Shown here: positions 33,301 through 41,705 of the stretch, piece by piece | How the letters are laid out: each line of letters begins with the position of its first letter | How positions within the stretch are numbered: the stretch's first letter is position 1 | Source: a virus | Direction: 5' to 3' (one strand) | Length of the DNA: 53,599 nucleotides | Virus record (IMG/VR): IMGVR_UViG_3300045988_107797 | Location: 1 to 53,599 of that record | Made by a program: the position numbers and the translations under genes | The notes under the pieces: generated by a model | The model's database searches: none | The model's input: only the letters and a program-made list of their open reading frames with translations | Told to the model about the DNA's origin: nothing

Positions 33301-34565
33301 TTAGACCAAGCTTCGCCTAAAATATCCAGCATATCTTTAAGCTGGCCTACTATCCCCATTAGAGATTCGATGAGAGCTTTTTGCCCCCCAAGTTCACTCC
33401 ATTGAGATAGTAATTCATTGCGAGTATTACCAGGTTCAGCAAAAATGTCGTACATAATTTCTGCTAAATCAGTCCAGGTACTAGTGGCTTGTTCCGCATT
33501 ACCAAATATCAATTCAAAAGTATTTAACCAGCCAGAGCTTACAGCGTCCCGAGCGGAATTTATAGCATCTTCAAAAGTACGAGCTTCCTGTGCAGCTTTA
33601 AATCCCTTCAGTGAAAACGCATCAATTTGACCGTTTAATTCTTTTATGGCTTGAGATGCAGTTATACCTTTTTCAGTTGCATAATCGTAAATCTGATCAA
33701 CAGCTTTAGAATAATCTTGGAAAACGGACATCATGACATCCGATGTAAACCAAGCTCCTTGTGTTAAGCTCGTTGCAAACTGAGATTTAGTAAAATTATT
33801 CGCTTTGCCTACCAAAGAAGAATATGTACCATCAGCATTTTTCTTTAACGTACCTAATGCTACTGCGGCATCCAAAGCTTTTTGGCGAAACTCATCAGTA
33901 TCCATCGATACGTTCTGAATAGACTTATAATCTTCCAAACGCATGACACCAGCACCCATAGCTTGGGAAAGCTGATACATTGCATGACTAGCTGTGTTAG
34001 CATTTTGACCAGACAAAGCTGCCCAGTTTGCTATACCTTCCATAGCAGTAACGGATTCGTCCAAGTCTTTGCCGGTTGCTGTGAATTTAGCGATATTAGC
34101 AACCATTTGGGCGAAATCGTAACTTGTTTCATCTGTAAACCAGTTCAGTCTTTCAAGTTGCGAATTAACGGTTTCTATATCATAACCTTGAGCAACCATA
34201 GTTGCTACAGATTGATTCTTAGTATTGTATTTTGACCATCCGGTGGAAATCGGATCTATTGTTAATGATTTTGCAAGCTTCAAACCAGCATTTACAGCCG
34301 AATTAGTGATGTTTGCCAAAGCCGTGACTGCCATGACTTCAAGTGCCGAGAATTTCATCTGGACACTGTCAATGGCATTGCTAAAACCCGAGAAATCGAT
34401 ACGATTTGCAGAATCGCTAATATCTTCTATACCCTTAGAAACCCCATCAAATTTCAAACTTCGTTTGAGTTTATCGATGGTGCTCATACTCGTCGCCACA
34501 TTGCGTTCGAATTGAGAATTATCAAATCGCATTTCAACGACTTTTTCGTCAATCGTTTTGCTCAT
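30387..34565 (-). CDS. Tape measure protein
   Basis: About 1390 aa; start moved to the ATG at 34565 after a GGAGG SD. It has a TP901-type core (ATGKDLDESVTAMEGIANWAALSGQNANTASHAMYQLSQAMG), long Gly/Ala/Leu-rich TM-like repeats, and the expected position. Confidence 0.85.
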   Translation of the reverse strand: MSKTIDEKVVEMRFDNSQFERNVATSMSTIDKLKRSLKFDGVSKGIEDISDSANRIDFSGFSNAIDSVQMKFSALEVMAVTALANITNSAVNAGLKLAKSLTIDPISTGWSKYNTKNQSVATMVAQGYDIETVNSQLERLNWFTDETSYDFAQMVANIAKFTATGKDLDESVTAMEGIANWAALSGQNANTASHAMYQLSQAMGAGVMRLEDYKSIQNVSMDTDEFRQKALDAAVALGTLKKNADGTYSSLVGKANNFTKSQFATSLTQGAWFTSDVMMSVFQDYSKAVDQIYDYATEKGITASQAIKELNGQIDAFSLKGFKAAQEARTFEDAINSARDAVSSGWLNTFELIFGNAEQATSTWTDLAEIMYDIFAEPGNTRNELLSQWSELGGQKALIESLMGIVGQLKDMLDILGEAWSNVFPPMTAERLVEITENFRDFVKSISDFIQKHRDNLVSTFQGLFSVLRIIKDALKGVWTVVRSIIDNSGSLVPILLEFTGSLGEMVTSLSKSIEEGNIFVTIGEKIGGVLKWLTGLFSGASPHITNIFSAIGKGAAFVSKVLSKLFSNIKVDMPKLINSLSLASISVFLGKALSGIKKPLQIFSDIKGSIVGVLDGVRDALSSWKTSIDAKSLLNISISIGILAGSLMLISSIESDKLMKSVVAIGALMTELGLFLKLFSGFGGGIKGFGSIAIAMVGISTSVLILASAMKILSKIPEEDIGRSIAALVGVMAILTATARAFPQKKMLGVGLAMVSVATAVVILAGAMKIFQTLQWEDIAKGIVAIGGSLGVLALFLTAMNDNIKGAFALTIAAGALITLSLALKIFQTLQWEDIAKGIVAIGGSLGVLALFLTAMNDNIKGAFALTIAAGALITLSLALKIFQTLQWEDIAKGIVAIGGSLGVLALFLTAMNNNVKGAFALTIVAGSLIILGTALKILSNIPFTKMLVALGALAGTFLVLGLAGAILTPVIPTILGLAGALALVGVAILAFGAGLALTGAGLTAIAAGLTALALASTASVNALITVVSAIVTGIIQAILDGITSLVVTIGETLPLIVTTILNLITSILTAIDENGPMIFEKVLSIITGLLETIANNMQPIVEAGIEIVLGLIRGISEKMDDIAQAGFDLLISFIDGLSKAIDENFTDLLNSVLNLITTIIDSVVEFLTGGAVTDFCASGKAVIEGFIKGMGDMIDAVVQKAKDIAKAAIRTVKGWLGINSPSKVFRKIGVYTGEGLALGLEDSENSIANSAIGIGKTAKTAMEKAINGMSDIVNGIDTQPTIRPILDLSDIESGATRIDKLSNSWNGYSIDGTVNLAKTTMGSLPLQPNNASLTASMLDQIKKLGNAMSGEKNTTITNHFSITGDNPREIANEVSRILQQQVERRDAVWA
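31751..32255. repeat. Three tandem 168-bp (56-aa) in-frame repeats inside the tape measure gene
   Basis: ATTGAAGAGT anchors recur at 31901, 32069 and 32237 (period 168). The protein unit is FQTLQWEDIAKGIVAIGGSLGVLALFLTAMNDNIKGAFALTIAAGALITLSLALKI. Confidence 0.9.
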
Positions 34566-34939
34566 GCTCTCGTGACCTCCTTCCATACAGATTCTGCTAT
34601 TTTGTCAAAAATTGGTTGAATAGCAGGATTAATATAATCACGTCCTTCTACCCATCTTCCATTTCGAGAAGCGTGGCCGTACTGTATGATTACGGCAATG
34701 GGAACTCCATTTTGAATATTCGAGTTCGTAAAAACAATCGACACGCGATTATTGCCCTGCTGTATTTCATAGTCCCACGAATTAGCAGTTAAACCCGAAT
34801 CTATAGGTGTTGCAGATTGTAAAGCGGCTACCCCTTCGCGACCATAAGCATTTAAATTTCCAATCTTAACTGCTTCTTTAATTCTTTCCGTATATCTTTT
34901 AAACTTAAAAAAATTCCCAGTTTGCTTAAAGGTAATCAC
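34562..34939 (-). CDS. HK97 gp10-family protein
   Basis: ALQSATPIDSGLTANSW...IIQYGHASRNGRWVEGRDYI. Confidence 0.5.
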   Translation of the reverse strand: MITFKQTGNFFKFKRYTERIKEAVKIGNLNAYGREGVAALQSATPIDSGLTANSWDYEIQQGNNRVSIVFTNSNIQNGVPIAVIIQYGHASRNGRWVEGRDYINPAIQPIFDKIAESVWKEVTRA

Positions 34940-34952
34940 TTAAACCCACCGC

Positions 34953-35501
34953 CTATCCTCTCGTACCAAGAGCATTTCTCCGAGCTTCATTCAAAGACTT
35001 ATTGCGTCGCATAATTTCGCTCTTAGACATTTTCTTAGGTGGCTCATTCTTAATTGCAAATACTCGAAGAAGTGTTAGCAATCGATTGAGATGCCATTTC
35101 TGAAATTCCACTGGTATATTATATGAACACATAGCATAATAGATTAATTCATTAGTTAGTATCTCTCTACGAACCGGTTTCTTGTTTTTATCATCGTTGA
35201 ACCAAGTTGCGGTCATAGGATCGTCTATATACGCTATAATCGCAGATATGTTGTCTTTTGTTAGATTGTTATAAACTTCGGGGTCAACATTCTGAGTAAT
35301 TGTCATGCAGCGAATGTAATCTATTATTTCTTCTGCGGTTTTTTCTTTTTTATCCAAAAATGGTTTATGCCACTTTGATTCCCATTTTGAAATGGAAACA
35401 AGAGAATGCTCTAATTGCAACGTACATTCTTTGCTATAGCAAAACTCATTTTTGACTTCGTCATAAGCTATTTCCCTAGCAGGTATTGTAATCTGAAGCA
35501 T
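34953..35501 (-). CDS. Tail assembly chaperone-associated protein (gpT-like position)
   Basis: LEHSLVSISKWESKWHKPF motif, common in siphovirus chaperone-region proteins. It has its own SD and ATG. Confidence 0.45.
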   Translation of the reverse strand: MLQITIPAREIAYDEVKNEFCYSKECTLQLEHSLVSISKWESKWHKPFLDKKEKTAEEIIDYIRCMTITQNVDPEVYNNLTKDNISAIIAYIDDPMTATWFNDDKNKKPVRREILTNELIYYAMCSYNIPVEFQKWHLNRLLTLLRVFAIKNEPPKKMSKSEIMRRNKSLNEARRNALGTRG

Positions 35502-35518
35502 TCTCCCTATCCTCGTTT

Positions 35519-35893
35519 TTACTTCCCTGTTGCAGTATCCTTAGAAATAAGGCCATTAATAAACTCACTGGCCTTCTCTTCATTCGTTGTCAGCTCAGTG
35601 AACAAAACCGAATATGCTTCACTTTCTGAAAATTCCTTCGTTTTTTCAGGCGATTTAATGAACCTTCGTCCATCTTCAGACTTTTCGCCATAAGCTTCCA
35701 GAAGAAGTTTCTTAAAAATCTTAACTATTTCATAGTAATTCTCGCTCTTAATTATAGTCTTTATATATGTTTCGATATTATTATCTATTCCTAAAAGCAT
35801 TTCGGTAAGTTCCGGTCTAGAAAGATGGAACCAAAAATTTTCAGTACGTTCATTACCATTAAAATCTGTATAGGTAACAGTCTTTACGATCAT
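35519..35893 (-). CDS. Tail assembly chaperone (gpG-like)
   Basis: 124 aa, acidic. Position between the major tail and tape measure genes. Confidence 0.5.
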   Translation of the reverse strand: MIVKTVTYTDFNGNERTENFWFHLSRPELTEMLLGIDNNIETYIKTIIKSENYYEIVKIFKKLLLEAYGEKSEDGRRFIKSPEKTKEFSESEAYSVLFTELTTNEEKASEFINGLISKDTATGK

Positions 35894-35911
35894 ATTATTT
35901 CTCCTTTCTAA

Positions 35912-35950
35912 ATAAAAAAGAGTCGCCAGCTTACCTGAATACGACTCTCT
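35912..35950 (-). terminator. Hairpin plus U-run after the major tail gene
   Basis: Coding strand reads AGAGTCG-(16 nt)-CGACTCT, then TTTTTTATTT. Confidence 0.6.
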
Positions 35951-35964
35951 ACAACTAGTTTAGA

Positions 35965-36756
35965 TTAACCGTTCGCTTTAGGTCCAAAAAGTTCTATAAC
36001 TTCGGCAGGAAGAGGTAGACGGGCGTCAACATTTTTAACCTCATCCCACTTAGACGAATCCCATGCTCCTGCAGTCTGAATGGCTGTCTTACACCTATAG
36101 GTCTTACTCTCATAAGTACAGTAATCGCCAACCTGATACGTTGCACTTTCACTAAACTCATCAGCCGATATGCCATACAGTATATCTTCAAGCTGCTTAA
36201 GTTTAGTTTTATCGCACTTTGTAGAATCAACAGTAAGCAAAGAAGTAGCCTTTCTACCAGGTACGTTAACCGGAGTAGTCGATACTTCCCAAGAAAAAGT
36301 TATTGCCTCAGGGGAATCGTTTATAGTGCTGTAAGCGCGCTCACTAGGAGCTGCCAACGCACCATATATCAGATGAAGCTTATAGCCATGTTCATTACCT
36401 TCGAGGTCATTACCGATAACCGTCCGGTAAGACATACCGAAAGTCTTACGTTCCTGCTGGCCAATAGTAACGCCATCGGAGACCTCAGCAGAACCATCGC
36501 AAGCTTCAAATTCTTTCGGATAAGTATAAGCCTCAACTGTAGCGCCAAACTCCTCAGTAGACATAAGGTTAAGATACTTCATGTCATCCGCATAAAGTGC
36601 AGTAGCTTCAGCGCCAGACGGAGTTTCAGTTACGGCTGTAAGACCATTCCATGGAACGCCCTTACCATAGTTATTCTCGCTGAAAGGATAAAGTACACCA
36701 TTTCGGACACCGGTTTCGAACAAGCGTTCGCCAGCATTATCCCAATTAAGTCTCAT
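35965..36756 (-). CDS. Major tail protein with a C-terminal CBM5/12-like motif
   Basis: WDNAGERLFETGV...VPWNGLTAVTETPSGAE...LYADDMKYL...VEAYTYPKEF. The C-terminus reads YQVGDYCTYESKTYRCKTAIQTAGAWDSSKWDEV. Confidence 0.7.
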   Translation of the reverse strand: MRLNWDNAGERLFETGVRNGVLYPFSENNYGKGVPWNGLTAVTETPSGAEATALYADDMKYLNLMSTEEFGATVEAYTYPKEFEACDGSAEVSDGVTIGQQERKTFGMSYRTVIGNDLEGNEHGYKLHLIYGALAAPSERAYSTINDSPEAITFSWEVSTTPVNVPGRKATSLLTVDSTKCDKTKLKQLEDILYGISADEFSESATYQVGDYCTYESKTYRCKTAIQTAGAWDSSKWDEVKNVDARLPLPAEVIELFGPKANG

Positions 36757-36768
36757 AGATTTGCCTCC

Positions 36769-37074
36769 TTAATAGTAAAGTGTAAACGCATCGTGATACA
36801 GATTGTCGGAAACATAATTACGATCATGTTGAATCCCAGGAATTCGAGAAACGTCCATAACAATAGGGCTATCAGGATTCGAATCTATCACGATTACAGA
36901 ATAAAAATGCGATTGTATATAAACTAAATCATCTCCAAAATCATTATCGATTTTTTGACGTTTATATACAATCGCTGGGTATTTCATTTGAACATTCGGG
37001 GGAGGTTGAAAATACACATTGCGGCTCCCTAAAGTTTTCTCCAAAAGTTTTTGAAGATCGAGTCTAGTGCGCAT
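36769..37074 (-). CDS. Head-tail joining / tail completion protein candidate
   Basis: 101 aa; assigned by position and size only. Confidence 0.4.
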   Translation of the reverse strand: MRTRLDLQKLLEKTLGSRNVYFQPPPNVQMKYPAIVYKRQKIDNDFGDDLVYIQSHFYSVIVIDSNPDSPIVMDVSRIPGIQHDRNYVSDNLYHDAFTLYY

Positions 37075-37381
37075 TATATATACCTCCCAGCGATAGATTC
37101 AAACGAGGAAAATTCACTTCCACGCTTATAACTTTCCATTTCTGCCCCATATAAGTAGCATAGCGTATAGCGTGGAAAGTGTTCCTAGCATATGGGTCGG
37201 CTACGATGCTTAAAGTGTTTTGTATCACGATATCATCATTAACCTTCTCGGCTGTTCGAAACTTTCCTGTGTTCTGAATCCAATCGCCATAATAATTGTG
37301 TTCTACGATTTGCTCTGACCACACACCAGGTGTTGTTTCAATCGTCGTAGCAAAGCCGATTTTCCCATAATATTTTTTCAT
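37064..37381 (-). CDS. Head-tail joining protein candidate
   Basis: 105 aa. YGKIGFATTIETTPGVWSEQIVEHNYYGD...PRLNLSLGG is a pattern conserved in siphovirus connector-region proteins (from memory). Confidence 0.4.
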   Translation of the reverse strand: MKKYYGKIGFATTIETTPGVWSEQIVEHNYYGDWIQNTGKFRTAEKVNDDIVIQNTLSIVADPYARNTFHAIRYATYMGQKWKVISVEVNFPRLNLSLGGIYNAH

Positions 37382-37398
37382 TTTGATTTTTTACCTTA

Positions 37399-37671
37399 TT
37401 ATTCGGCTACGGCAGACCATTCAGTAAGATCCACGGTAGAAGCTCCCTTGCTAACTGTGGATACCTTATTTGCGGCCAGAGAAACAGCGGCCAAAGTAGT
37501 ATTGCCATCAATAACAAGCAGACGGCCCTTCTTAAAAGCGTCCTGAAGAACAGACTGCGTTACCTGCGTCTTATAATCAGACTCATAATAGAGCTTCTTA
37601 TCAGCAGTCTTACCATAAAAGACATATGCAGCGATATTCTTATCCTTAGCCTGATCGAAAATCTTCATCAT
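37399..37671 (-). CDS. Hypothetical head-associated protein (90 aa)
   Basis: Immediately follows the capsid gene. Confidence 0.45.
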   Translation of the reverse strand: MMKIFDQAKDKNIAAYVFYGKTADKKLYYESDYKTQVTQSVLQDAFKKGRLLVIDGNTTLAAVSLAANKVSTVSKGASTVDLTEWSAVAE

Positions 37672-37703
37672 AATTATATACCTCCTAATATTCTTTCAGC
37701 ATA

Positions 37704-39509
37704 TTAAGCAGAAACCTTTTCTACAGCTATGGCAGAATAGGGAAGAGTCAAGGCACCAGAGCAACGAGTTTCAATAAGATACTTCTGCTGGTTATAGTCA
37801 ATGTCGAAATCATCGAACATATTGACCGCACCACCCTTATCTGCACCAATGGTATAATCATTCGGATTGACGATAATGCCCAACAGAGTATGTACCTTAC
37901 TGTTATCATCAGTCCTTGTCAGATTCTCCATTACAGGAACAGTAACGATTTCCTTAACACGCAGAGTCGTAGCCAGTTTGGCAGCTGACTCATAGATCAC
38001 ACGACCGGTGGTGTCTTCCAGAAGAAGCATATCAGTAAGCATATCTTCAGTAGTGTACAGGGTGGGATTGCCAGAACCCTTATAATTCTTACGAGCCTTG
38101 ATGCACTGCTTAATGAAATTCTTAGCTATAGTAGATTCATTATCACTAGAAGCAACACTTACAGTCTGCTTGATTGTGTAGAAGTCGTCATCAGTCCAGA
38201 TAGGACGAATATGAATGGGATCAATCTTATCATCAGAAGAACTTACACGGCCATCACCAACCAAGATTGCCCTGGCAAGTTCTTCGTCTAGCATAATCCG
38301 CATTTCCTTCTTTATCCAAGCTACTACATCCAAATCAACGATATCAACCACATCATCACGATCCATCTTCTGCTTCTTATACACAGTAGTGGGGCTAGTG
38401 CTTCTCTTAAGCAAGGTGAAGACTTCCTCCTTCTTAAGATTACCCTTAATATAACCCTTAGCTCGAGCATCATCCTCGGTAATATTAGCGAAAAGGGACT
38501 TTATCCTAGAAAAAGGAGTATGGCGAATGTTATTCATGAGCTTGCTCACCCAATCCATATTGCGAGAAACAAATATGGGCTCATTCGTTACCGAGCGATC
38601 ATCGGGGAACAAATATCCGACATTCTCTATACCATAATCAGCATGGAACAGAGAATTGCTATCACAACCTCTATCCTGAGCAAAGTTCTCTACCGCTTCC
38701 CTCATACTGCCAGTACGCCTAGCATCAGCAAGTATAGCCTGCATATCATCAGCATGAATCATAGTGGTTTCGGGATCGACGTTATCAAATACATTATGCT
38801 TCATATTTTCTCCTCCATCTTCTTCGTCATTATCGTTTGCATCTTCGAGAGCCTGACCGATTAAAGCGTAAACTACAGTCTTCTGCTTTTCAGTCAATGT
38901 TTCAAAAACATCGCGTACAGTTTCTTCATTACTAGCCATTTTATCTTCCTCCTTTAAAGAATCACCCTTTGGACCTTGTGGACCAATATCTCCTTTCGGA
39001 CCTTTCGGACCTTTCAATGCAGCCAATTGTTCTTCTGTAAAATCATTCATGGAATTATGCTCGAGTATAAAATCTTCGCCGGTATAAATATCTGCTTCAT
39101 CTTCTACCATTTCCCCATGGCGCACCACATTACATATAGATGCTCCAGGATTAGCGCCAGCCAGGACAAGACTGACCTCTTTAATATCACCGTGAAGAAC
39201 ATTCGAGCCTTCCTGCTTAAGCTGATTTGCGAATATTGACAAAGCGGAAATATCACCATGTTCTACGAGAAGTTTAGCGGCTTTACCAGCTTCGCTTTCA
39301 TTAAACGTGCAATATGCATAAACACCATCTTCTTGATTCTTCAACAAAGCGTGACCAAGAACGTTACTAGGATCATCATGCCGATGGTTCCAAACCAACG
39401 GTACAATTTTTCCGTCACAGCCTTTAAAGGCGTCTCTACGTATTACACGGCCATCGGAGCATTTCAAATCGTTTCGAGTTGCCCAACCGTGAAAATCGTA
39501 TTTTACCAT
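37704..39509 (-). CDS. Prohead protease (HK97/S78-type) - collagen-like linker - major capsid protein fusion
   Basis: Protease part: VPLVWNHRHDD...ALSIFAN...EVSLVLAGANPGA. Linker: FTEEQLAALKGPKGPKGDIGPQGPKGD. The C-terminal ~410 aa are HK97-fold-capsid-like. Confidence 0.75.
   Translation of the reverse strand: MVKYDFHGWATRNDLKCSDGRVIRRDAFKGCDGKIVPLVWNHRHDDPSNVLGHALLKNQEDGVYAYCTFNESEAGKAAKLLVEHGDISALSIFANQLKQEGSNVLHGDIKEVSLVLAGANPGASICNVVRHGEMVEDEADIYTGEDFILEHNSMNDFTEEQLAALKGPKGPKGDIGPQGPKGDSLKEEDKMASNEETVRDVFETLTEKQKTVVYALIGQALEDANDNDEEDGGENMKHNVFDNVDPETTMIHADDMQAILADARRTGSMREAVENFAQDRGCDSNSLFHADYGIENVGYLFPDDRSVTNEPIFVSRNMDWVSKLMNNIRHTPFSRIKSLFANITEDDARAKGYIKGNLKKEEVFTLLKRSTSPTTVYKKQKMDRDDVVDIVDLDVVAWIKKEMRIMLDEELARAILVGDGRVSSSDDKIDPIHIRPIWTDDDFYTIKQTVSVASSDNESTIAKNFIKQCIKARKNYKGSGNPTLYTTEDMLTDMLLLEDTTGRVIYESAAKLATTLRVKEIVTVPVMENLTRTDDNSKVHTLLGIIVNPNDYTIGADKGGAVNMFDDFDIDYNQQKYLIETRCSGALTLPYSAIAVEKVSA
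38839..38952. repeat. Master copy of the ~105-nt segment duplicated at 23702..23905
   Basis: Read directly: TGCATCTTCGAGAGCCTGACCGATTAAAGCGTAAACTACAGTCTTCTGCTTTTCAGTCAATGTTTCAAAAACATCGCGTACAGTTTCTTCATT... Confidence 0.85.
38937..38957 (-). promoter_or_regulatory. Internal in-frame SD and ATG that could yield a separate 411-aa capsid protein
   Basis: AAAGGAGGAAGATAAA-ATG, with the ATG at 38939 (codon 191 of the fusion ORF). The same SD and ATG context recurs at 23890. Confidence 0.5.
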
Positions 39510-39515
39510 TTTGAA

Positions 39516-40778
39516 TTATTCCTCCTGTTTTGAAGTCGCGTTTACCCTTTCTTTTGTAATATCGTCAAGTGGTTTGACCTTGGATGTCTCTTCGTTCGAT
39601 CTATTAAGATTTTTGTTTCTCAATTCATCAGCCTGAGGAGCTCGAGAAGGCTTCATACCGACAATTTGACGAATTTCATTTGAAGTCATGATTTCATTAC
39701 GCGTAAACTTATCCGCTATTTCGGCAATCTCAGACACAGGTACCAGTTTGAATGGCTCCATGAAAAAAGAAATCGACTGCCCCTGAGTTCTTGCAGTTTT
39801 AGTAATAAAACGAACTTTCATGGCGTCGACAATTGCGGAAAGTATTGGCTCGATAATTCGATTGCGATAATTTAATATCGTTTTTTCGTCGGCGGTTCCA
39901 TCTAATATCGTCTGTGTAATACCTAACTGGCTAAAAAGCATGCTCGTTAAATATTCAACTTGCTTCAAAAGATTGTTCTCCACCGCCCGATTCAATTGAG
40001 TTATCCGCTCAGTACCATCAGTATACGCAATACCATATTTAGAACCAGTTAACTGTTCTTCGATTTCCTTTCTTCGATTTTCGGCTTGCTGCCGACGTGT
40101 TTCAGTCTTTACAACATAAGGGAGCTGAATGATAAGATCCAATTTACCTGAACTGCTCTGCTCGTCTACTGCATCGAGAAGTTTTAATTTCCTAATAAGA
40201 CGCTGCATAGTCGAGTTAGGCTCATTCATAACGGAATACATTGGGTTTTCAATAATGGCAACTTTGCGTTTTGGCCGAATAATTTGCTGTTTACGGCCAG
40301 AGTTATCATTATAAACCTCGACTTTTACCTTTTTTGGATACCATTCAGTAATCTTTCCGGTTCGAATCTCATAAATATCATACGAATCCGTATAATCCGG
40401 ATTAACATCTGTTACTGTTGGTACCAACGCAACACATCCCTCATCGAGCATTGAAAGGACAGCATCCTGAATAAAAGCCCTACCAGTCTGATCGAGATTT
40501 GCTTCAAGATTAAGACAGTTATTCAAACCCGAATCAATAGTATTTAAATATCCGCCATCTTCATCTAGTCTTACATGTCGTATAGGAATGGCTGCAACAT
40601 CAATAGCTATTCGATTATTAATTGCGGTAATTATAGATCGTTCGTTACCCCTAGTCGGCCTATATCTGTCCGGGCGATAACTGGAACTATTACCCGAATT
40701 ATCGAACATCGGGGTGGGATCACGATTAAAAAAAGCATTCCAAGCGTTTTTAAACCTGGAACCTATAGTTTCAGACAT
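39516..40778 (-). CDS. Portal protein
   Basis: 420 aa. Position between the terminase region and the protease-capsid gene. I did not recognise a family signature. Confidence 0.6.
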   Translation of the reverse strand: MSETIGSRFKNAWNAFFNRDPTPMFDNSGNSSSYRPDRYRPTRGNERSIITAINNRIAIDVAAIPIRHVRLDEDGGYLNTIDSGLNNCLNLEANLDQTGRAFIQDAVLSMLDEGCVALVPTVTDVNPDYTDSYDIYEIRTGKITEWYPKKVKVEVYNDNSGRKQQIIRPKRKVAIIENPMYSVMNEPNSTMQRLIRKLKLLDAVDEQSSSGKLDLIIQLPYVVKTETRRQQAENRRKEIEEQLTGSKYGIAYTDGTERITQLNRAVENNLLKQVEYLTSMLFSQLGITQTILDGTADEKTILNYRNRIIEPILSAIVDAMKVRFITKTARTQGQSISFFMEPFKLVPVSEIAEIADKFTRNEIMTSNEIRQIVGMKPSRAPQADELRNKNLNRSNEETSKVKPLDDITKERVNATSKQEE

Positions 40779-40795
40779 TTTAAAATATCTCCTTG

Positions 40796-41275
40796 CTAAG
40801 CAATATTAACTTTTCGTTTACTGTATGCAACTCGGCCAGAAGCCCAAACGCCATTTTTAAGTTGATTAATATTATAACCTTGATCAGCCAAAGCCATATG
40901 TACTCCTATTTCACCACGTTTAGCGATAAATTTGACCGCTCTACCTGACGGAGCTGTTATGTTAGTTGCTTTTTCATTCATGAGTTCGGCTAATTTACGA
41001 TTATAAGAATTAATTGTAGAAGCACTAATTTTACCTTTTGATGTTCTGCTTCTAGGCTGGGACAGAAGTTGATTAGCATATCTATTCATATCCCTCGAAA
41101 CGCTCTTTTGCGTTTTAGAAACGATTTTATTATAGTTCTTATTAGCCCATTTAACATCTTTCTTTTCCAGACGTTTTTGGCCCAACTCGGTCAATGTTCC
41201 ATCAGGATTCTGATACCTTCGAATGCCCCACTTCATACCAAGAATGCCATGATGATAAAGCTCATTTTTAAACAT
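40796..41275 (-). CDS. N-box paralog 4 (159 aa)
   Basis: Begins MFKNELYHHGILGMKWGIRRYQNPDGTLTELGQKR; the C-terminus is divergent. Confidence 0.65.
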   Translation of the reverse strand: MFKNELYHHGILGMKWGIRRYQNPDGTLTELGQKRLEKKDVKWANKNYNKIVSKTQKSVSRDMNRYANQLLSQPRSRTSKGKISASTINSYNRKLAELMNEKATNITAPSGRAVKFIAKRGEIGVHMALADQGYNINQLKNGVWASGRVAYSKRKVNIA

Positions 41276-41348
41276 TCATGATAACCCTCCTTTGCTCCAA
41301 AAATTCTTTATTAAGTTCAGAATCCATGGCAGACAAAAAGTAACTTCT

Positions 41349-41690
41349 CTAATTTAAAAGCCGTTTAGCTTTTGACATTTCTTCTTTATACTGGTCTTTT
41401 ATTGATGAAAGTTGGCTATCATATATTTTTGACCGTTTAATTACCGCATCTATATCATTTCCCATTCCCTTCTTTTGAAGAACGTCGAGATCTTTTAGAA
41501 AAGAATTATATGCTTTCTTAATCCTACGAGCTTTATTTTCTTTTGCCCGCCGTTTGGCCTCTTTGTATTCGCCTTTTTTATATCGTTTCGCTGATTTTGA
41601 TACTCCAACAGAATTGGTAGATGCGCGCTTTTTATGAACGCCCCATTTCATACCAAGAACACCATAGTGATAAAGCTCATTTTTAAACAT
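41349..41690 (-). CDS. N-box paralog 3 (113 aa)
   Basis: Begins MFKNELYHYGVLGMKWGVHKKR; basic C-terminus. Confidence 0.65.
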   Translation of the reverse strand: MFKNELYHYGVLGMKWGVHKKRASTNSVGVSKSAKRYKKGEYKEAKRRAKENKARRIKKAYNSFLKDLDVLQKKGMGNDIDAVIKRSKIYDSQLSSIKDQYKEEMSKAKRLLN

Positions 41691-41705
41691 TCATGAGAAT
41701 CCTCC

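Noticed and set aside
34953-35893. A programmed -1 frameshift joining the two tail chaperone ORFs (gpG/gpGT style)
   Set aside because: The second ORF has its own SD and ATG and is separated from the first stop by a 17-nt gap. I saw no slippery heptamer near the end of 35519..35893.
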